This document shows positions 40,893-50,613 of a DNA stretch of 64,000 nt, piece by piece. How positions within the stretch are numbered: position 1 is the stretch's first letter; every line of letters begins with the position of its first letter. A program made the translations under genes and the position numbers. The notes below the pieces were generated by a model that searched no databases, was not told the origin of the DNA, and worked only from the letters and a program-made list of their open reading frames with translations. Origin of the DNA: Polyangiaceae bacterium. Its GTDB lineage: Bacteria > Myxococcota_A > Polyangia > Polyangiales > Polyangiaceae. The stretch spans positions 1 through 64,000 of the forward strand of contig JANRKO010000073.1 in assembly GCA_033763455.1 (NCBI GenBank), read 5' to 3'.

Positions 40893-41315
40893 CTACCTAC
40901 CCGAGGCAGCCTTTTCGGCCTGTGCCTTTTCGGCCTGTGCCATCGGCACTGCTTTAATCCAAGCTTCACGCAGGGGTGTCAACACACGGATAACGTCTTC
41001 CACAGCTTTACGATCACTACGAATACTGGCTTGCATCAGGCGATCGAGGCAATAATTGTAGACGCTGCCGAGGTTCGCGCAAAGCTCCGGCGCCTTCGAC
41101 TCATCAAGCGCGACGTAGAGTTCTGAGATGATCGCATGCGCCTTCCTAAGCTGCTGGCTTGCGAGGCCCTTCTTCTGCTCATCGATACAACGCAGGGCGG
41201 TGTTCAAGAAGCGAAAGAGCCCTTCATAGAGGGCCAATAGCAACTCTCCTGGTGATGCCGTCTGGGTTTGAACTTCGTGGTATCTTTGAACTGGGCTGCG
41301 ATACGCTTGGTGCAT
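40893..41315 (-). CDS. fliS: Flagellin chaperone FliS
   Basis: TASPGELLLALYEG, NLGSVYNY, LREAW. Confidence 0.95.
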   Translation of the reverse strand: MHQAYRSPVQRYHEVQTQTASPGELLLALYEGLFRFLNTALRCIDEQKKGLASQQLRKAHAIISELYVALDESKAPELCANLGSVYNYCLDRLMQASIRSDRKAVEDVIRVLTPLREAWIKAVPMAQAEKAQAEKAASGR

Positions 41316-41364
41316 TGGTGCATCCTTTCACCAACTAGGACCTATTTACTCTACGTGGAAATAC

Positions 41365-42678
41365 TTAGGCGATCTGTTTGAGCAACGCTTGGTTCTTGGC
41401 AACAGCACTGTCCATTTCGGTAAACTGCTTACGGAGCGTTTCTGTGTATCTCGCTATTCTGGCGCTTTCGCGAGAGATGTGCTCTTCCAGCGCCTTTGCG
41501 CGTGTCTCAAGCCCTGTCCTACGGACGCTTAGTAAGCCTGTCTTCGGATTGGTGAGATCGTCAATCGCGCTTCTGAAGCGATCCATCATGCCGGTGGTGC
41601 CGGGACCACCCGCGAATAGCTTTACGAATTCCGCAGGACGGCTGCTGAGCGCGCTGTCAAACTTCGAATCACTCAACGTGAGCTTGCCAGTGCGATCGAT
41701 CGATACGCCAACATCGGCCAACCGATCCAGGGTACCGCCGAGGCCGGCTGCTCCGGTGGCCAGTGAGGAAAGCTTCGATAATGTACCCCGCAAGCCGGAA
41801 TCTCCTGCGAGTGCTGCGTTTTGCGCCTTGGTGGTGCCAAACCCTGCCAGATTGTGGACCTTATCCACCACCGCATTGTAGGCGCTCACGAACGCACTCA
41901 CTTTGGCCTTTGTCGCTGCTGGATCGGCATCAATGCGCAAGGTGATGGGAGCTGTGGTTTTCGCCGTGAGCGCAAGGCTCACACCCGGAATAGCACCATC
42001 GATCTTGTTGGTCGCACTGCTCACAGGAATGTTATCGATCTTAACGATGGCATTCTGTGCGGCTTGGGCCGGCACTACCCCCTGAAGACCGAGCGCTGTG
42101 CCACTTTCGCTGAATGTAATATTGTTGGCAGCTCCGCTATCGAGACCTCGAATCAGCAACGAATAGTTCGTACCGTCATTGAAAATCGAAGCTGAAACCC
42201 GTAAACCCGAGCTATTGATCTTGTTGGTGATGCTCTCCAACGAATCAGCCGTATCAATGTTGATGGTCGCGGCAGGGCCAGTGCCCACCTGAATATTGAA
42301 CGAACCGGTTTGGTTGAGGCCAACCACCTTGGAAGAGTAGGCAGTTGAGTAGCTGCGCTGCTCTGAGGCAAGCTGCGTAACTTCGAGATTGTACGTCGAA
42401 GCCTGGGCCACACCCGTCGTCGTTGCGACAACTTGCGCGCCGGAAGACGTCGCCGTGAAGCTGCTCACCGAACGTTCATCATAGAGTGCGCCTGCAGCCG
42501 TTTTTAGCTTTGAAAGCAGCCCGGATATGTCCCCCACCGAAGATATCGCCGCGCGAGTGTCAGCGACTTTCTGCTGCGTAGGCTGAAGGCTCGCTTTCTC
42601 GACATTCACCAGGCCACTGATGATGCCCTCAACGTCCATCCCGGAGCCAATTCCTCCAAATGTAATAGCAGCGGGCAT
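41365..42678 (-). CDS. fliD: Flagellar filament cap FliD
   Basis: GIGSGMD, FVSAYN, LRKQFTEMD. Confidence 0.95.
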   Translation of the reverse strand: MPAAITFGGIGSGMDVEGIISGLVNVEKASLQPTQQKVADTRAAISSVGDISGLLSKLKTAAGALYDERSVSSFTATSSGAQVVATTTGVAQASTYNLEVTQLASEQRSYSTAYSSKVVGLNQTGSFNIQVGTGPAATINIDTADSLESITNKINSSGLRVSASIFNDGTNYSLLIRGLDSGAANNITFSESGTALGLQGVVPAQAAQNAIVKIDNIPVSSATNKIDGAIPGVSLALTAKTTAPITLRIDADPAATKAKVSAFVSAYNAVVDKVHNLAGFGTTKAQNAALAGDSGLRGTLSKLSSLATGAAGLGGTLDRLADVGVSIDRTGKLTLSDSKFDSALSSRPAEFVKLFAGGPGTTGMMDRFRSAIDDLTNPKTGLLSVRRTGLETRAKALEEHISRESARIARYTETLRKQFTEMDSAVAKNQALLKQIA

Positions 42679-42702
42679 TCGTTCAATACTCCTTGGGGTT
42701 GT

Positions 42703-42739
42703 AAAAGAAAGCCCGACCGCAGATCCTACGGCCGGGCTT
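42703..42739 (-). terminator. Rho-independent terminator after fliC
   Basis: AAGCCCGGCCGT...GCGGTCGGGCTT followed by TCTTTT on the minus strand. Confidence 0.75.
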
Positions 42740-42794
42740 AATGCACTTGCACTGAACTAGAGTGGTCACGAGGAGCATCACCACTCAGCTTTCA

Positions 42795-43628
42795 TTAACC
42801 TCGGAGGAGGCCGAAAGCCATCTGGGGCAACTGGTTGGCTTGCGACAACACAGAAACACCAGCTTGCGTGAGAACTTGATTGCGGCTCATGGTCGCAGTT
42901 TCCGTGGCGACATCTACGTCGCGGATACGGGAGTTAGCAGCCGAGAGGTTCAAGCTCATGGTTTGGACGGTTGCGGATGAAACGTCCAAGCGGTTCATCG
43001 CGGCACCGAAGCGTGCGCGAGCCGTGGAGACTGTGTCGATCGCCGTGTTGAGCGCGGTGATGGACGCGTAGGCGTTGGTTTCGTCTGCGCCCGTGAGGCT
43101 GATGCCCGCCGTAACGCCCGACAAATCCACGTTGTCGAAGTTCACGGTCACAGAATCGCTGGCGGCTGTGCCGATGCCGACCTGGAACTTCGTGGCGGCG
43201 GCTGCACCGGCACCAATGAGCGATTTGTTGTTAAAAGTAGCTGCGCCCTGGATGCGGGTAATTTCACCCTGAAGCTCCGTGAATTCCGTTTGGAGGTAAG
43301 CACGGTCTGCAGTTGCCAGCGAACCGTTCGAAGCTTGGACGGCCAGCTCCTTCATGCGGCTCATTACGCCGTGAATTTCGCCGAGCGCGCCTTCAGCCGT
43401 TTGCGCCATCGAAACGCCATCCAGAGCGTTGCGCTGGGCCACTGCATAAGAACGAATGTCGCTCTTCATGTGTTCGCTGATCGCTAACCCTGCGGCGTCG
43501 TCAGCTGCGGTATTGACTCGAAAACCGCTGGAAAGCTTCTGGAAGCTCGAATTCAGCTGGGCTTGGTTAGTGGAGAGGTTCTTCTGAGCCGAGAGGGCAG
43601 AGAAGTTGGTCTGAATATACATTGCCAT
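42795..43628 (-). CDS. fliC: Flagellin (277 aa, minimal)
   Basis: LSSGFRVNTAADDAAGLAIS, RARFGAAMNRL, SRIRDVD, QANQLPQ. Confidence 0.98.
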   Translation of the reverse strand: MAMYIQTNFSALSAQKNLSTNQAQLNSSFQKLSSGFRVNTAADDAAGLAISEHMKSDIRSYAVAQRNALDGVSMAQTAEGALGEIHGVMSRMKELAVQASNGSLATADRAYLQTEFTELQGEITRIQGAATFNNKSLIGAGAAAATKFQVGIGTAASDSVTVNFDNVDLSGVTAGISLTGADETNAYASITALNTAIDTVSTARARFGAAMNRLDVSSATVQTMSLNLSAANSRIRDVDVATETATMSRNQVLTQAGVSVLSQANQLPQMAFGLLRG

Positions 43629-43706
43629 GGGGAAAGCTCCTTCTTGGAGGGTGGGATTGTTCTACGTGAACAAGGTTTGCGGAGGCTTTTGACCTCACAA
43701 GAAGAC

Positions 43707-43733
43707 TGAGCGGCTGGGCAGTTCAATACTTGA
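43707..43733 (-). promoter_or_regulatory. Sigma28 (FliA)-type promoter of fliC
   Basis: TCAAG-N14-GCCGCTCA; same architecture as upstream of flgM. Confidence 0.7.
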
Positions 43734-43741
43734 ATCAAATC

Positions 43742-44098
43742 TCAGGATGTTAGGGCTAAAGCGCGCTCTTGCAGACGCTCGGAGACAGCTGCCACCGTGT
43801 CGTGCTCGCTACTCGCGCGCTCCGCGATAACCTTGGCGATATACTCGGCCGCTTCCCGATTCGGGATGGGTTTTTCCAGCACGGCGCGACGCGCTTGGCT
43901 CATGGCCTCGGCCAGCTTGGTGATCTGGGTGAAAGCCGTCTCCATCGCGGGAGTTTGGGGTGCTCCCTCGGTATGCGCAGAGACGCCCATCGCGGACAAA
44001 GCCTCGGCGGCTTGGTGGAAGAACTGAACTGCCTCGTGGACCTTTGCCTCAGAATGCAACGTAGTCTGAAGCGGCGTGGATGTATGTCGGACGTTCAC
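43742..44098 (-). CDS. Small helical protein, possibly flagellin-C-terminus-like
   Basis: 118 aa with AAGGA RBS, between csrA and fliC. Confidence 0.65.
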   Translation of the reverse strand: MNVRHTSTPLQTTLHSEAKVHEAVQFFHQAAEALSAMGVSAHTEGAPQTPAMETAFTQITKLAEAMSQARRAVLEKPIPNREAAEYIAKVIAERASSEHDTVAAVSERLQERALALTS

Positions 44099-44212
44099 GT
44101 CGTCCTTGACCTCGGTCTTCGCCGATGGCCGTCACCGGCGCGAGCTTTGCCAATCGGCTCACTCCCGCAGTACCCATGGACACTGGTGCGGGTTGATGAA
44201 CGTTGACGGGTT

Positions 44213-44581
44213 TTATGTGAGTGGGCATATTTCCTCCTCTTTTACTCCTACCCGAATCGAGGGTGCTGGCACCCGCTGGGCTTCACGCGGCTCGTTTGAC
44301 ACAAGCCCAATTTTCTCGTTCGCCGCCCCGGTCGTTTTCGCACTGGAACCGACAAAGGCAGCCAAATTTTCGGTGGCCACCGCTCCCTCCTGCGAAGCCG
44401 TTTCCGTAGCCGCGCGATTTGCCAAAAGGATCGCTTCCCGAATCTCCCCACGCAACACACGCGTGCCTCTAGGAGCTGAGATCGCCACCTTCACTACACT
44501 GCGTGAAAGCTCAGAGATGACGATCTCGACGTCGTCTCCGATGAAGATGCTTTCATTCTTTTTGCGCGCGATGATTAGCAT
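44213..44581 (-). CDS. csrA: Carbon storage regulator CsrA with long C-terminal extension
   Basis: MLIIARKKNESIFIGDD...ISAPR...LRGEI. Confidence 0.92.
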   Translation of the reverse strand: MLIIARKKNESIFIGDDVEIVISELSRSVVKVAISAPRGTRVLRGEIREAILLANRAATETASQEGAVATENLAAFVGSSAKTTGAANEKIGLVSNEPREAQRVPAPSIRVGVKEEEICPLT

Positions 44582-44588
44582 GGAGGCC

Positions 44589-45464
44589 TCAAGGTTCGAA
44601 GCGCCGAAGTGATAGGTTTCGCTTAGCCACGGCCAGCGATTGCTCAATGGCATTTTGGACGCTCACAAGCTCTGACATAGCTTCAGAGGCATCGGCTTCG
44701 CCGAGCACAGCCTTTCGCGTTTTGAGCGCCACATCCCCCTGGTCGAGCGCGGATTCGCTGATGCTGAGCCGATCGAGTAACAGACCCGCATCGGCTCGAG
44801 AGCGAACGATCTGGGAATGGGCGTTTCTGATGTTGTCGAGCGTTGCAATAACCGCCGCTTGATCGTTAGTCGAAAGTGCAGTGGCTAGGGCATCCAAGAC
44901 ATCGAATGGATTGACGCCTCCTGCCGCGGTGAAGGCTTTGGCACCGTCAATGGCCACGTTGACCACGTGGTTGGTTCCGAGCTCCACGTTGTGCGGGTCA
45001 GAATTTCCAGCAAAAGCACCGGTATTCGCAAAGGGCACCGTATCGGTGGCACTTCCAGAGAACAAGAACCCGTTCGGACCGCGTGTGTTGGCCATGCTCA
45101 CGAGCTGGTCGCGGAGGCCAGAAATTTCAATTGCCATGGAGGCACGTTCGCTGGCACTCAACGTACCATTGGCGCCCTGCACGGCTAACTCTTGTGCGCG
45201 TTCAAAAAGTGCAGAGGCTTCGCTCAATACCCCTTCTGCGAGCTCTGCGTCGCCACGCGCAGCTCCAATATTAGAACGAAACCCTTCAGCCCGGCTGACC
45301 GCGTGACGGAGCTTCGCGATCTCTGCCGCCGCACGGGGATCTGTACTTGGGCTGGTGACCCGATATCCAGAGCTCACTTCGGCCGCAGCTTTGGCATGCC
45401 GAGCCGTGAGGCTCGCCAAGTTGGCGGAAATCGCTGAATAATTCGCACTATCAGGAACTCTCAT
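44589..45464 (-). CDS. flgL: Hook-associated protein 3
   Basis: SSGYRVTSPSTDP, ANT...FLFSG; downstream of flgK. Confidence 0.92.
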   Translation of the reverse strand: MRVPDSANYSAISANLASLTARHAKAAAEVSSGYRVTSPSTDPRAAAEIAKLRHAVSRAEGFRSNIGAARGDAELAEGVLSEASALFERAQELAVQGANGTLSASERASMAIEISGLRDQLVSMANTRGPNGFLFSGSATDTVPFANTGAFAGNSDPHNVELGTNHVVNVAIDGAKAFTAAGGVNPFDVLDALATALSTNDQAAVIATLDNIRNAHSQIVRSRADAGLLLDRLSISESALDQGDVALKTRKAVLGEADASEAMSELVSVQNAIEQSLAVAKRNLSLRRFEP

Positions 45465-46852
45465 CGGCCTAACCTCTGTATCAACTCATCGAGCAATTGA
45501 TCGACGGTCTGTAGGACCTTGGTGGAGGCCTCGTACGCACGTTGGTACTGCGTGAGCGAAATCATCTCTTCATCCAAGGAGACCCCGCTCACCGTTTCCC
45601 GTAGGTCTTTCGCTTGCGCTTTTAGGGCCTCTTGTGTCGCCGCCGTGCTCGCTGCTCCCGCCTTGAGCTGGCCAACTTGACCGAGCAGCGCGGCAAAATC
45701 CTCGGCTGGCGTACGTGTGCCGCCTCCGGACACGGCTTGCGCGGAAATTTTCGATATCGAAAGCGCGTTATCAGCTCCTCCGGGAAGCGCAGCCGCCGAA
45801 CTCGAAGCAGCCAATCGCTCGGGATGCCCCACGAGCTGGGCATCAATAGACAAGCTGCGCGCGGCTCCCGCAACCGTGGGCGACACGCTGAACAGATTGC
45901 GGCCGTTGATCCCATCGAGCCCAAAACCCGCTGCGTGCTGGGTGTTCACGGCGGTGGCGATGTCGTACGCGAAATTATCAAGCCGGGTCGCAATGGTAGT
46001 GAGGTCGCTGTCGCGCACTTGAAAAATGCCGTCGAGCGTGCCGCCTGAAAGCCCTGAGGTAGCGTCCATTGCTGGCCCGCCGGAACGCTGCGCCATGAGC
46101 TTGAGCGCGCCATTGCTGTCGACATCAATGCCGAGCGCGCGAGCAACATCCCCATCGATCAGCGTGGCGCCTGCGGCTTGGACGGTGATGCGTCCGGATT
46201 CGGCCGTAATCACGTTGATATTGACCTTCTCGCTCAGCTGCTGGAGCAAGGTATTGCGCTGATCTTTTAAATCAACAGCGTCTGAACCCGCATTCTCAGC
46301 CGCCTCTATCTGCTGATTAATCTTGGCAATGTTGGTAGCAAGATCGTTAACTACCTTTACAACGCTGCTAGCTTGGGTCGCGAGATCCGTCCGGAGCGTA
46401 GCCACGGTGTTCGCTGTATCCCGCACTTGGGCCGCGAACACATCCGCAGACGCTAACGCTTGCGCTCGTGTCGTAGGATCGTTGGGTCGAGCCGCAAGGG
46501 TCGAAAACGAGGTAAAAAACTGATCCATGGCGCCACCCATGCGCGCCCCAAGGGTCTCATCGAAAAGGCCATCGATCTGCGCCAGCTGCTGATCGCGTTC
46601 ATTCGCGGAGGAAGAGAGCCCTGATTTGTCAAAGTACCGCTGTTCAAGGAAACGGTCTGTGATACGGCGCACTTCAACCGCGTCGACACCGCCATAAGCT
46701 CCCGGCCCATAGGGACGAGGCTCTAGGATTACGGCACGACGCGCGTAACCGGGCGTATTGACGTTGGCAATGTTTTGCCCGGTCGTCTGAAGGCCACGCG
46801 AGTGTGCCTGCAAAGCATCGCGCGACGTGTAGAGGATTGAAAACAGACCCAT
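45461..46852 (-). CDS. flgK: Hook-associated protein 1
   Basis: NIANVNTPGYAR, SGVSLDEE, YQRAYEAS. Confidence 0.96.
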   Translation of the reverse strand: MGLFSILYTSRDALQAHSRGLQTTGQNIANVNTPGYARRAVILEPRPYGPGAYGGVDAVEVRRITDRFLEQRYFDKSGLSSSANERDQQLAQIDGLFDETLGARMGGAMDQFFTSFSTLAARPNDPTTRAQALASADVFAAQVRDTANTVATLRTDLATQASSVVKVVNDLATNIAKINQQIEAAENAGSDAVDLKDQRNTLLQQLSEKVNINVITAESGRITVQAAGATLIDGDVARALGIDVDSNGALKLMAQRSGGPAMDATSGLSGGTLDGIFQVRDSDLTTIATRLDNFAYDIATAVNTQHAAGFGLDGINGRNLFSVSPTVAGAARSLSIDAQLVGHPERLAASSSAAALPGGADNALSISKISAQAVSGGGTRTPAEDFAALLGQVGQLKAGAASTAATQEALKAQAKDLRETVSGVSLDEEMISLTQYQRAYEASTKVLQTVDQLLDELIQRLGR

Positions 46853-46854
46853 GG

Positions 46855-47220
46855 CTACCCTCTTAGGTTGAGCCTCACGGGTGCTGCGGAGGGGCGATGG
46901 GCATCAAAATACCCAACACTCTCCTGAGGTTGAAACAGCGACACGATCCCGCTCAGGCATGAGCGGGCGTGCGAAAGAAGCAAATGATTGCGCCGAATCT
47001 TGCCGTCTAGCGCAGACAAAAGGAGCATATCTCCGCGGGTTGCAGCCCTCTTCTGCGCCACGAGCTCTTCGCTCAATTGAACTTTGCGCACCAGAGCCGC
47101 CTCAATTGCGGGGCGATCCAGCCGATGCAGTGCAAGACGTTCCTCTTCCAGGACCCTTTCAAAGGCCTGAATCGTCTGCTGCATTTTGGATTGCTCTGCC
47201 GCTTGGCTCGTATGCTTCAT
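46855..47220 (-). CDS. flgN: Flagellar export chaperone FlgN (putative)
   Basis: Helical 121 aa between flgM and flgK; LEEERLAL, RNHLLL. Confidence 0.7.
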   Translation of the reverse strand: MKHTSQAAEQSKMQQTIQAFERVLEEERLALHRLDRPAIEAALVRKVQLSEELVAQKRAATRGDMLLLSALDGKIRRNHLLLSHARSCLSGIVSLFQPQESVGYFDAHRPSAAPVRLNLRG

Positions 47221-47263
47221 GCTGCTTACCCAAAGGCTTCCCTGCCCCTGGGGGAACCCGCTA

Positions 47264-47551
47264 CTAGCCGAGATCGTCGACTAGGCGCTGTGCCACCAGG
47301 TGCTGATTAACTTCGAACTGTCCTGCTCTTACCGAGTTCCGGAGTTCTTGGACTTTTTCTGGCCGTACTTGGCTAGCGCTGGCCGCAAGCTCCCGCGCTT
47401 CGTGTGAAATCTGAACATGTGCCGCCTCAGGCTGCGTCGACTTGGCGCTGCTCGCTCCTTCCGGTGCCTTGACATCACCGGCTCGGGCAACACGAGTTGC
47501 TGCAACGCGATTGTAGGCATCCAGGGCGGGATTTGAATTAATAGGCTTCAT
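47264..47551 (-). CDS. flgM: Anti-sigma28 factor FlgM
   Basis: VQISHEAREL, RPEKVQELR..V.AGQFEV....VAQRL. Confidence 0.9.
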   Translation of the reverse strand: MKPINSNPALDAYNRVAATRVARAGDVKAPEGASSAKSTQPEAAHVQISHEARELAASASQVRPEKVQELRNSVRAGQFEVNQHLVAQRLVDDLG

Positions 47552-47642
47552 TCACAGGTCTCCGCGACTAAGCGTGTCGCACCCTGGGACACCGGCCGGC
47601 GGGATGACTTCCGTCGACAAATGCACTTCGGGCTCGATGCTG

Positions 47643-47669
47643 TGAACGGCCAACTCCGTGACGGCTTGA
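47643..47669 (-). promoter_or_regulatory. Sigma28-type promoter of flgM
   Basis: TCAAG-N14-GCCGTTCA. Confidence 0.7.
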
Positions 47670-47717
47670 GCCAAAATCTTGACGCTCCCCTGGGGGGCGG
47701 GACGAGCGACGGTTTAC

Positions 47718-48053
47718 TCATTTCGGCCTCGCATGGGTGCCGGATAAGGCCTCCTCGATCATATGCACGAGGCCGACGCCTCCCGACTGCGAAATGGCGT
47801 CTGAAAGGGCGTCCACGACCATGGACCCATAGGCCCCGCCCGCCGACGCCCCGGGGGCTGATTTCTTGGATTCCGCAGTCTTTTGAAGGGGTTCGAGCAT
47901 CATGCGCACGAACACGGACTCAAACTGCCGCGCTGCCCGAACGACCTCAGGGTTAGGCTTTTTGGCAGGCGCCCCAGCGGAAGGCGCCTCACCAACACTC
48001 GCATTCGCTTGAAGTGCTGACATACGTGCGGCGCTCGGGACCATTGGGCTCAT
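47718..48053 (-). CDS. flgJ: FlgJ rod-binding domain only
   Basis: AARQFESVFVRMML...GGVGL; no muramidase domain. Confidence 0.85.
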   Translation of the reverse strand: MSPMVPSAARMSALQANASVGEAPSAGAPAKKPNPEVVRAARQFESVFVRMMLEPLQKTAESKKSAPGASAGGAYGSMVVDALSDAISQSGGVGLVHMIEEALSGTHARPK

Positions 48054-49186
48054 TGCACAACTACCTCTGCACGAAGTGCGCCAGCAGCACGAAGAGCTTG
48101 CAAGATACTCGCGAGTTCTCGGGGGCTAACGCCGAATGTAGACAAAGCGGCGGCCACGTCCGCCAAGGTAGCAGCCCCCTTGAGATAGTTCAGAGCGGGC
48201 GCTTCCTCTCTAACTTTCACATCGGATTCTGGCACAACCACAGTTTCACCCTTACCCAACGGATTCGGCTGGCTCACGGTACTGTGCTGCTTCACGGAGA
48301 TGGTAATCCCGCCCTGAGCGATGGCAACGGCAGACAAGCGCACGTCTCCGCCAGCTACAATCGTGCCCGTCCGCTCGTTGATCACGATACGTGCAGGCTG
48401 TGCGGGCTCCACATCTACCGTCCCGAGCTTGGCCAGTGCCGCCACTGGCGTTTTGCTAAATTCTTTGGGGAGGGTCACCTCAACGGCCCCACCATCTAGC
48501 GCTTTGGCACTCCCCTTCCCGAGCGATTCATTCACCGCATCCACAATACGCTGGACCGTCATGAAGTTGGGACTTCGTAGGGCGAGCGTAAGCTTGCCTT
48601 TGGTGGAGAACACGCTCTTGATTTCTTGCTCTACAATCGCACCCGTCGGAATACGCGCCACCGTCTCCACCCCTTTGGAAACGGAGCTACCCGATCCGCC
48701 TGAGGCAGAAATGCCGCCCACGATGAGCGACCCCTGGGCCACGGCATACACACGACGATCCGCCCCACGCATCGGAGTTTGAACGAGCACGCCGCCGCGC
48801 AAACTCTTGGCGTTGCCGATGGACGACACTGTAACATCAAGCTTAGAGCCAGGCCGCTCGAAGGCAGGGATATTCACGGTTACCACCACCGCGGCGACGT
48901 TCTTCAGCCGCACTTGGCGCGCTTCGACTTGAACTCCTAGGCGCCGCAGCAACGAGCGCATCGATTGGGCTGCAAACGGTGCAGAAGCATCGTCCCCGGT
49001 TCCCTGCAAGCCCACCACCACCCCATAGCCGATCAACTGATTGTCCCGGGCCCCCACCACCTCACACAAATCCAGGAGCCCATCCGCCTTAGCGCGTGGG
49101 GCAACAAGCACCAACAGCCAAAGAAATAGGAAGCTCACGGTTCGAGAACCGAACGCTAACTTCTGGGTTCTTAGATGTGGCTTCAT
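48050..49186 (-). CDS. flgI: P-ring protein
   Basis: NQLIGYGVVVGLQGTGD, KNVAAV, INERTGTIV, AGALRAE. Confidence 0.97.
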   Translation of the reverse strand: MKPHLRTQKLAFGSRTVSFLFLWLLVLVAPRAKADGLLDLCEVVGARDNQLIGYGVVVGLQGTGDDASAPFAAQSMRSLLRRLGVQVEARQVRLKNVAAVVVTVNIPAFERPGSKLDVTVSSIGNAKSLRGGVLVQTPMRGADRRVYAVAQGSLIVGGISASGGSGSSVSKGVETVARIPTGAIVEQEIKSVFSTKGKLTLALRSPNFMTVQRIVDAVNESLGKGSAKALDGGAVEVTLPKEFSKTPVAALAKLGTVDVEPAQPARIVINERTGTIVAGGDVRLSAVAIAQGGITISVKQHSTVSQPNPLGKGETVVVPESDVKVREEAPALNYLKGAATLADVAAALSTFGVSPRELASILQALRAAGALRAEVVVQ

Positions 49187-49190
49187 ACGT

Positions 49191-49880
49191 TCAAAATGGG
49201 CTAATGTAGCTGAGCGCCTGTGAAAGCCAGCCTTGTTCTAACGTGTCGGCAACATCGCCGCGCCCGGAGTACTCGACCTGAGCATCGGCCATGCGAGATG
49301 ATTCAACCGAGTTGTCGTCCTTGATATCTTCAGGGCGAATGACGCCCGACACATATAGGTGGATCTCCTCATCGTTAATCATGACCACTTTGGTACCTTC
49401 GATCAGGAGGTCCCCGTTTGGCAGGGTCTGCCGTACGCGCACACCGATCTTGCCAGTGAGCTGCCCCGCACGGGAGGTCTTCCCGTCACCGTTAAATTGC
49501 GACTTGCTCGCCAGCGCCAGAAGCTTCGCTGGGTCAAGATCTGGGTAAGCGCTCTTCAGTGCCGGCAAGAGCCCGTAAAGCGCGTCAATGCCCGATTCAC
49601 TCGACGAGCTCTTATCCAACTTGGTCGTTGCATTTCCCACGGCGTCGGCGTGTTCATCGATTTGGACAATAACGATATCGCCGGAACGATGGGCTCTCGT
49701 GTCTTCCAAATAGCTTGGAACGGCCTCACTATAGAGCGACCCTTGTGTCGGCTTGGAAGAAGCTTGATCTACAGCGTACTTGCCGACCTTGTATTCGCGC
49801 TCTTTGGGCGTAAAGGTTTCAATGTGTTTGGGGCCGCAGCCGAGGCTGGCCAAGAGAGCTAGCAGCAATAGGCGTTTCAC
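49191..49880 (-). CDS. flgH: L-ring lipoprotein
   Basis: LGC lipobox, LPNGDLLIEG, SGVIRPEDI, ADA. Confidence 0.96.
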   Translation of the reverse strand: MKRLLLLALLASLGCGPKHIETFTPKEREYKVGKYAVDQASSKPTQGSLYSEAVPSYLEDTRAHRSGDIVIVQIDEHADAVGNATTKLDKSSSSESGIDALYGLLPALKSAYPDLDPAKLLALASKSQFNGDGKTSRAGQLTGKIGVRVRQTLPNGDLLIEGTKVVMINDEEIHLYVSGVIRPEDIKDDNSVESSRMADAQVEYSGRGDVADTLEQGWLSQALSYISPF

Positions 49881-50611
49881 TGAGACACCACACTGGCAGT
49901 TGTGGGCGAGTCAATCCGACCGCGGAGCGTCTTTTTGGTGCGCTCCACTCGGAATGAAATTACCTCACCAACGCCTCCATCCTGGAGCGCTACGGCTTCC
50001 GTACTAACCGTTGCGTTGGCTTTAGTGATGATCAAACCAACCCTGCCACCCCGGCGCAGTGTGGGTTCAGCACCCTCTGGCATGATGAGAAGCTCCAATG
50101 TTACGGGCGTGCGTTGTTCCACTTTCCCGTTGCGTACAATATCAACCATCGCGGTTGTCCGATGGGGCCCCACACGGCGCGGCAGAGGCGGGATTACAAC
50201 TGAATCCAAGCTAGCGCTCGGGGACATTTTCACGGGGGACCGCACCTCTAGGTGGCGCAGGCGCACGCCCGGCTTGAGATTCTTCTCCACCAACCCTCGC
50301 ACACGCTCAGCGAACTCCATCGGCATCAAAAGAACCCGAGCACTTTTGACCCGAACCTGTGGCGGCACGCTCACCGTGCTCACGTCCACTCCATTTTCGC
50401 GCAAACGGCGCCAAATGTCCTCACGAATGAACGTACGAGTTCCTCCTGGAGGCGGTGCCTCGCCCAGATCGATCGTAGCGGCACGTGCAGGCGCATCGGG
50501 CAAAACATCACCAACAAGAACGCGCTCCGCATCCACGGTAATGGGCTCCGCTGCTAACGCAGAGTGCGATACAGAGAGCACGCCCAAAAGAAAAAATGTA
50601 CGTCGCCGCAT
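49877..50611 (-). CDS. flgA: P-ring assembly chaperone
   Basis: Signal peptide, RRG..V...ALQDGGVGEVI C-terminal motif, position between flgG and flgH. Confidence 0.85.
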   Translation of the reverse strand: MRRRTFFLLGVLSVSHSALAAEPITVDAERVLVGDVLPDAPARAATIDLGEAPPPGGTRTFIREDIWRRLRENGVDVSTVSVPPQVRVKSARVLLMPMEFAERVRGLVEKNLKPGVRLRHLEVRSPVKMSPSASLDSVVIPPLPRRVGPHRTTAMVDIVRNGKVEQRTPVTLELLIMPEGAEPTLRRGGRVGLIITKANATVSTEAVALQDGGVGEVISFRVERTKKTLRGRIDSPTTASVVSQ

Positions 50612-50613
50612 GA

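Noticed and set aside
40909..40938. 15-bp tandem repeat at fliS 3' end (AQAEK x2)
   Set aside because: Short in-frame coding duplication in a variable tail; no sign of function
43657..43673. TTGTTCTACGTGAACAA resembling parS
   Set aside because: Needs a deletion and a mismatch versus TGTTCCACGTGGAACA; more simply a hairpin in the fliC leader
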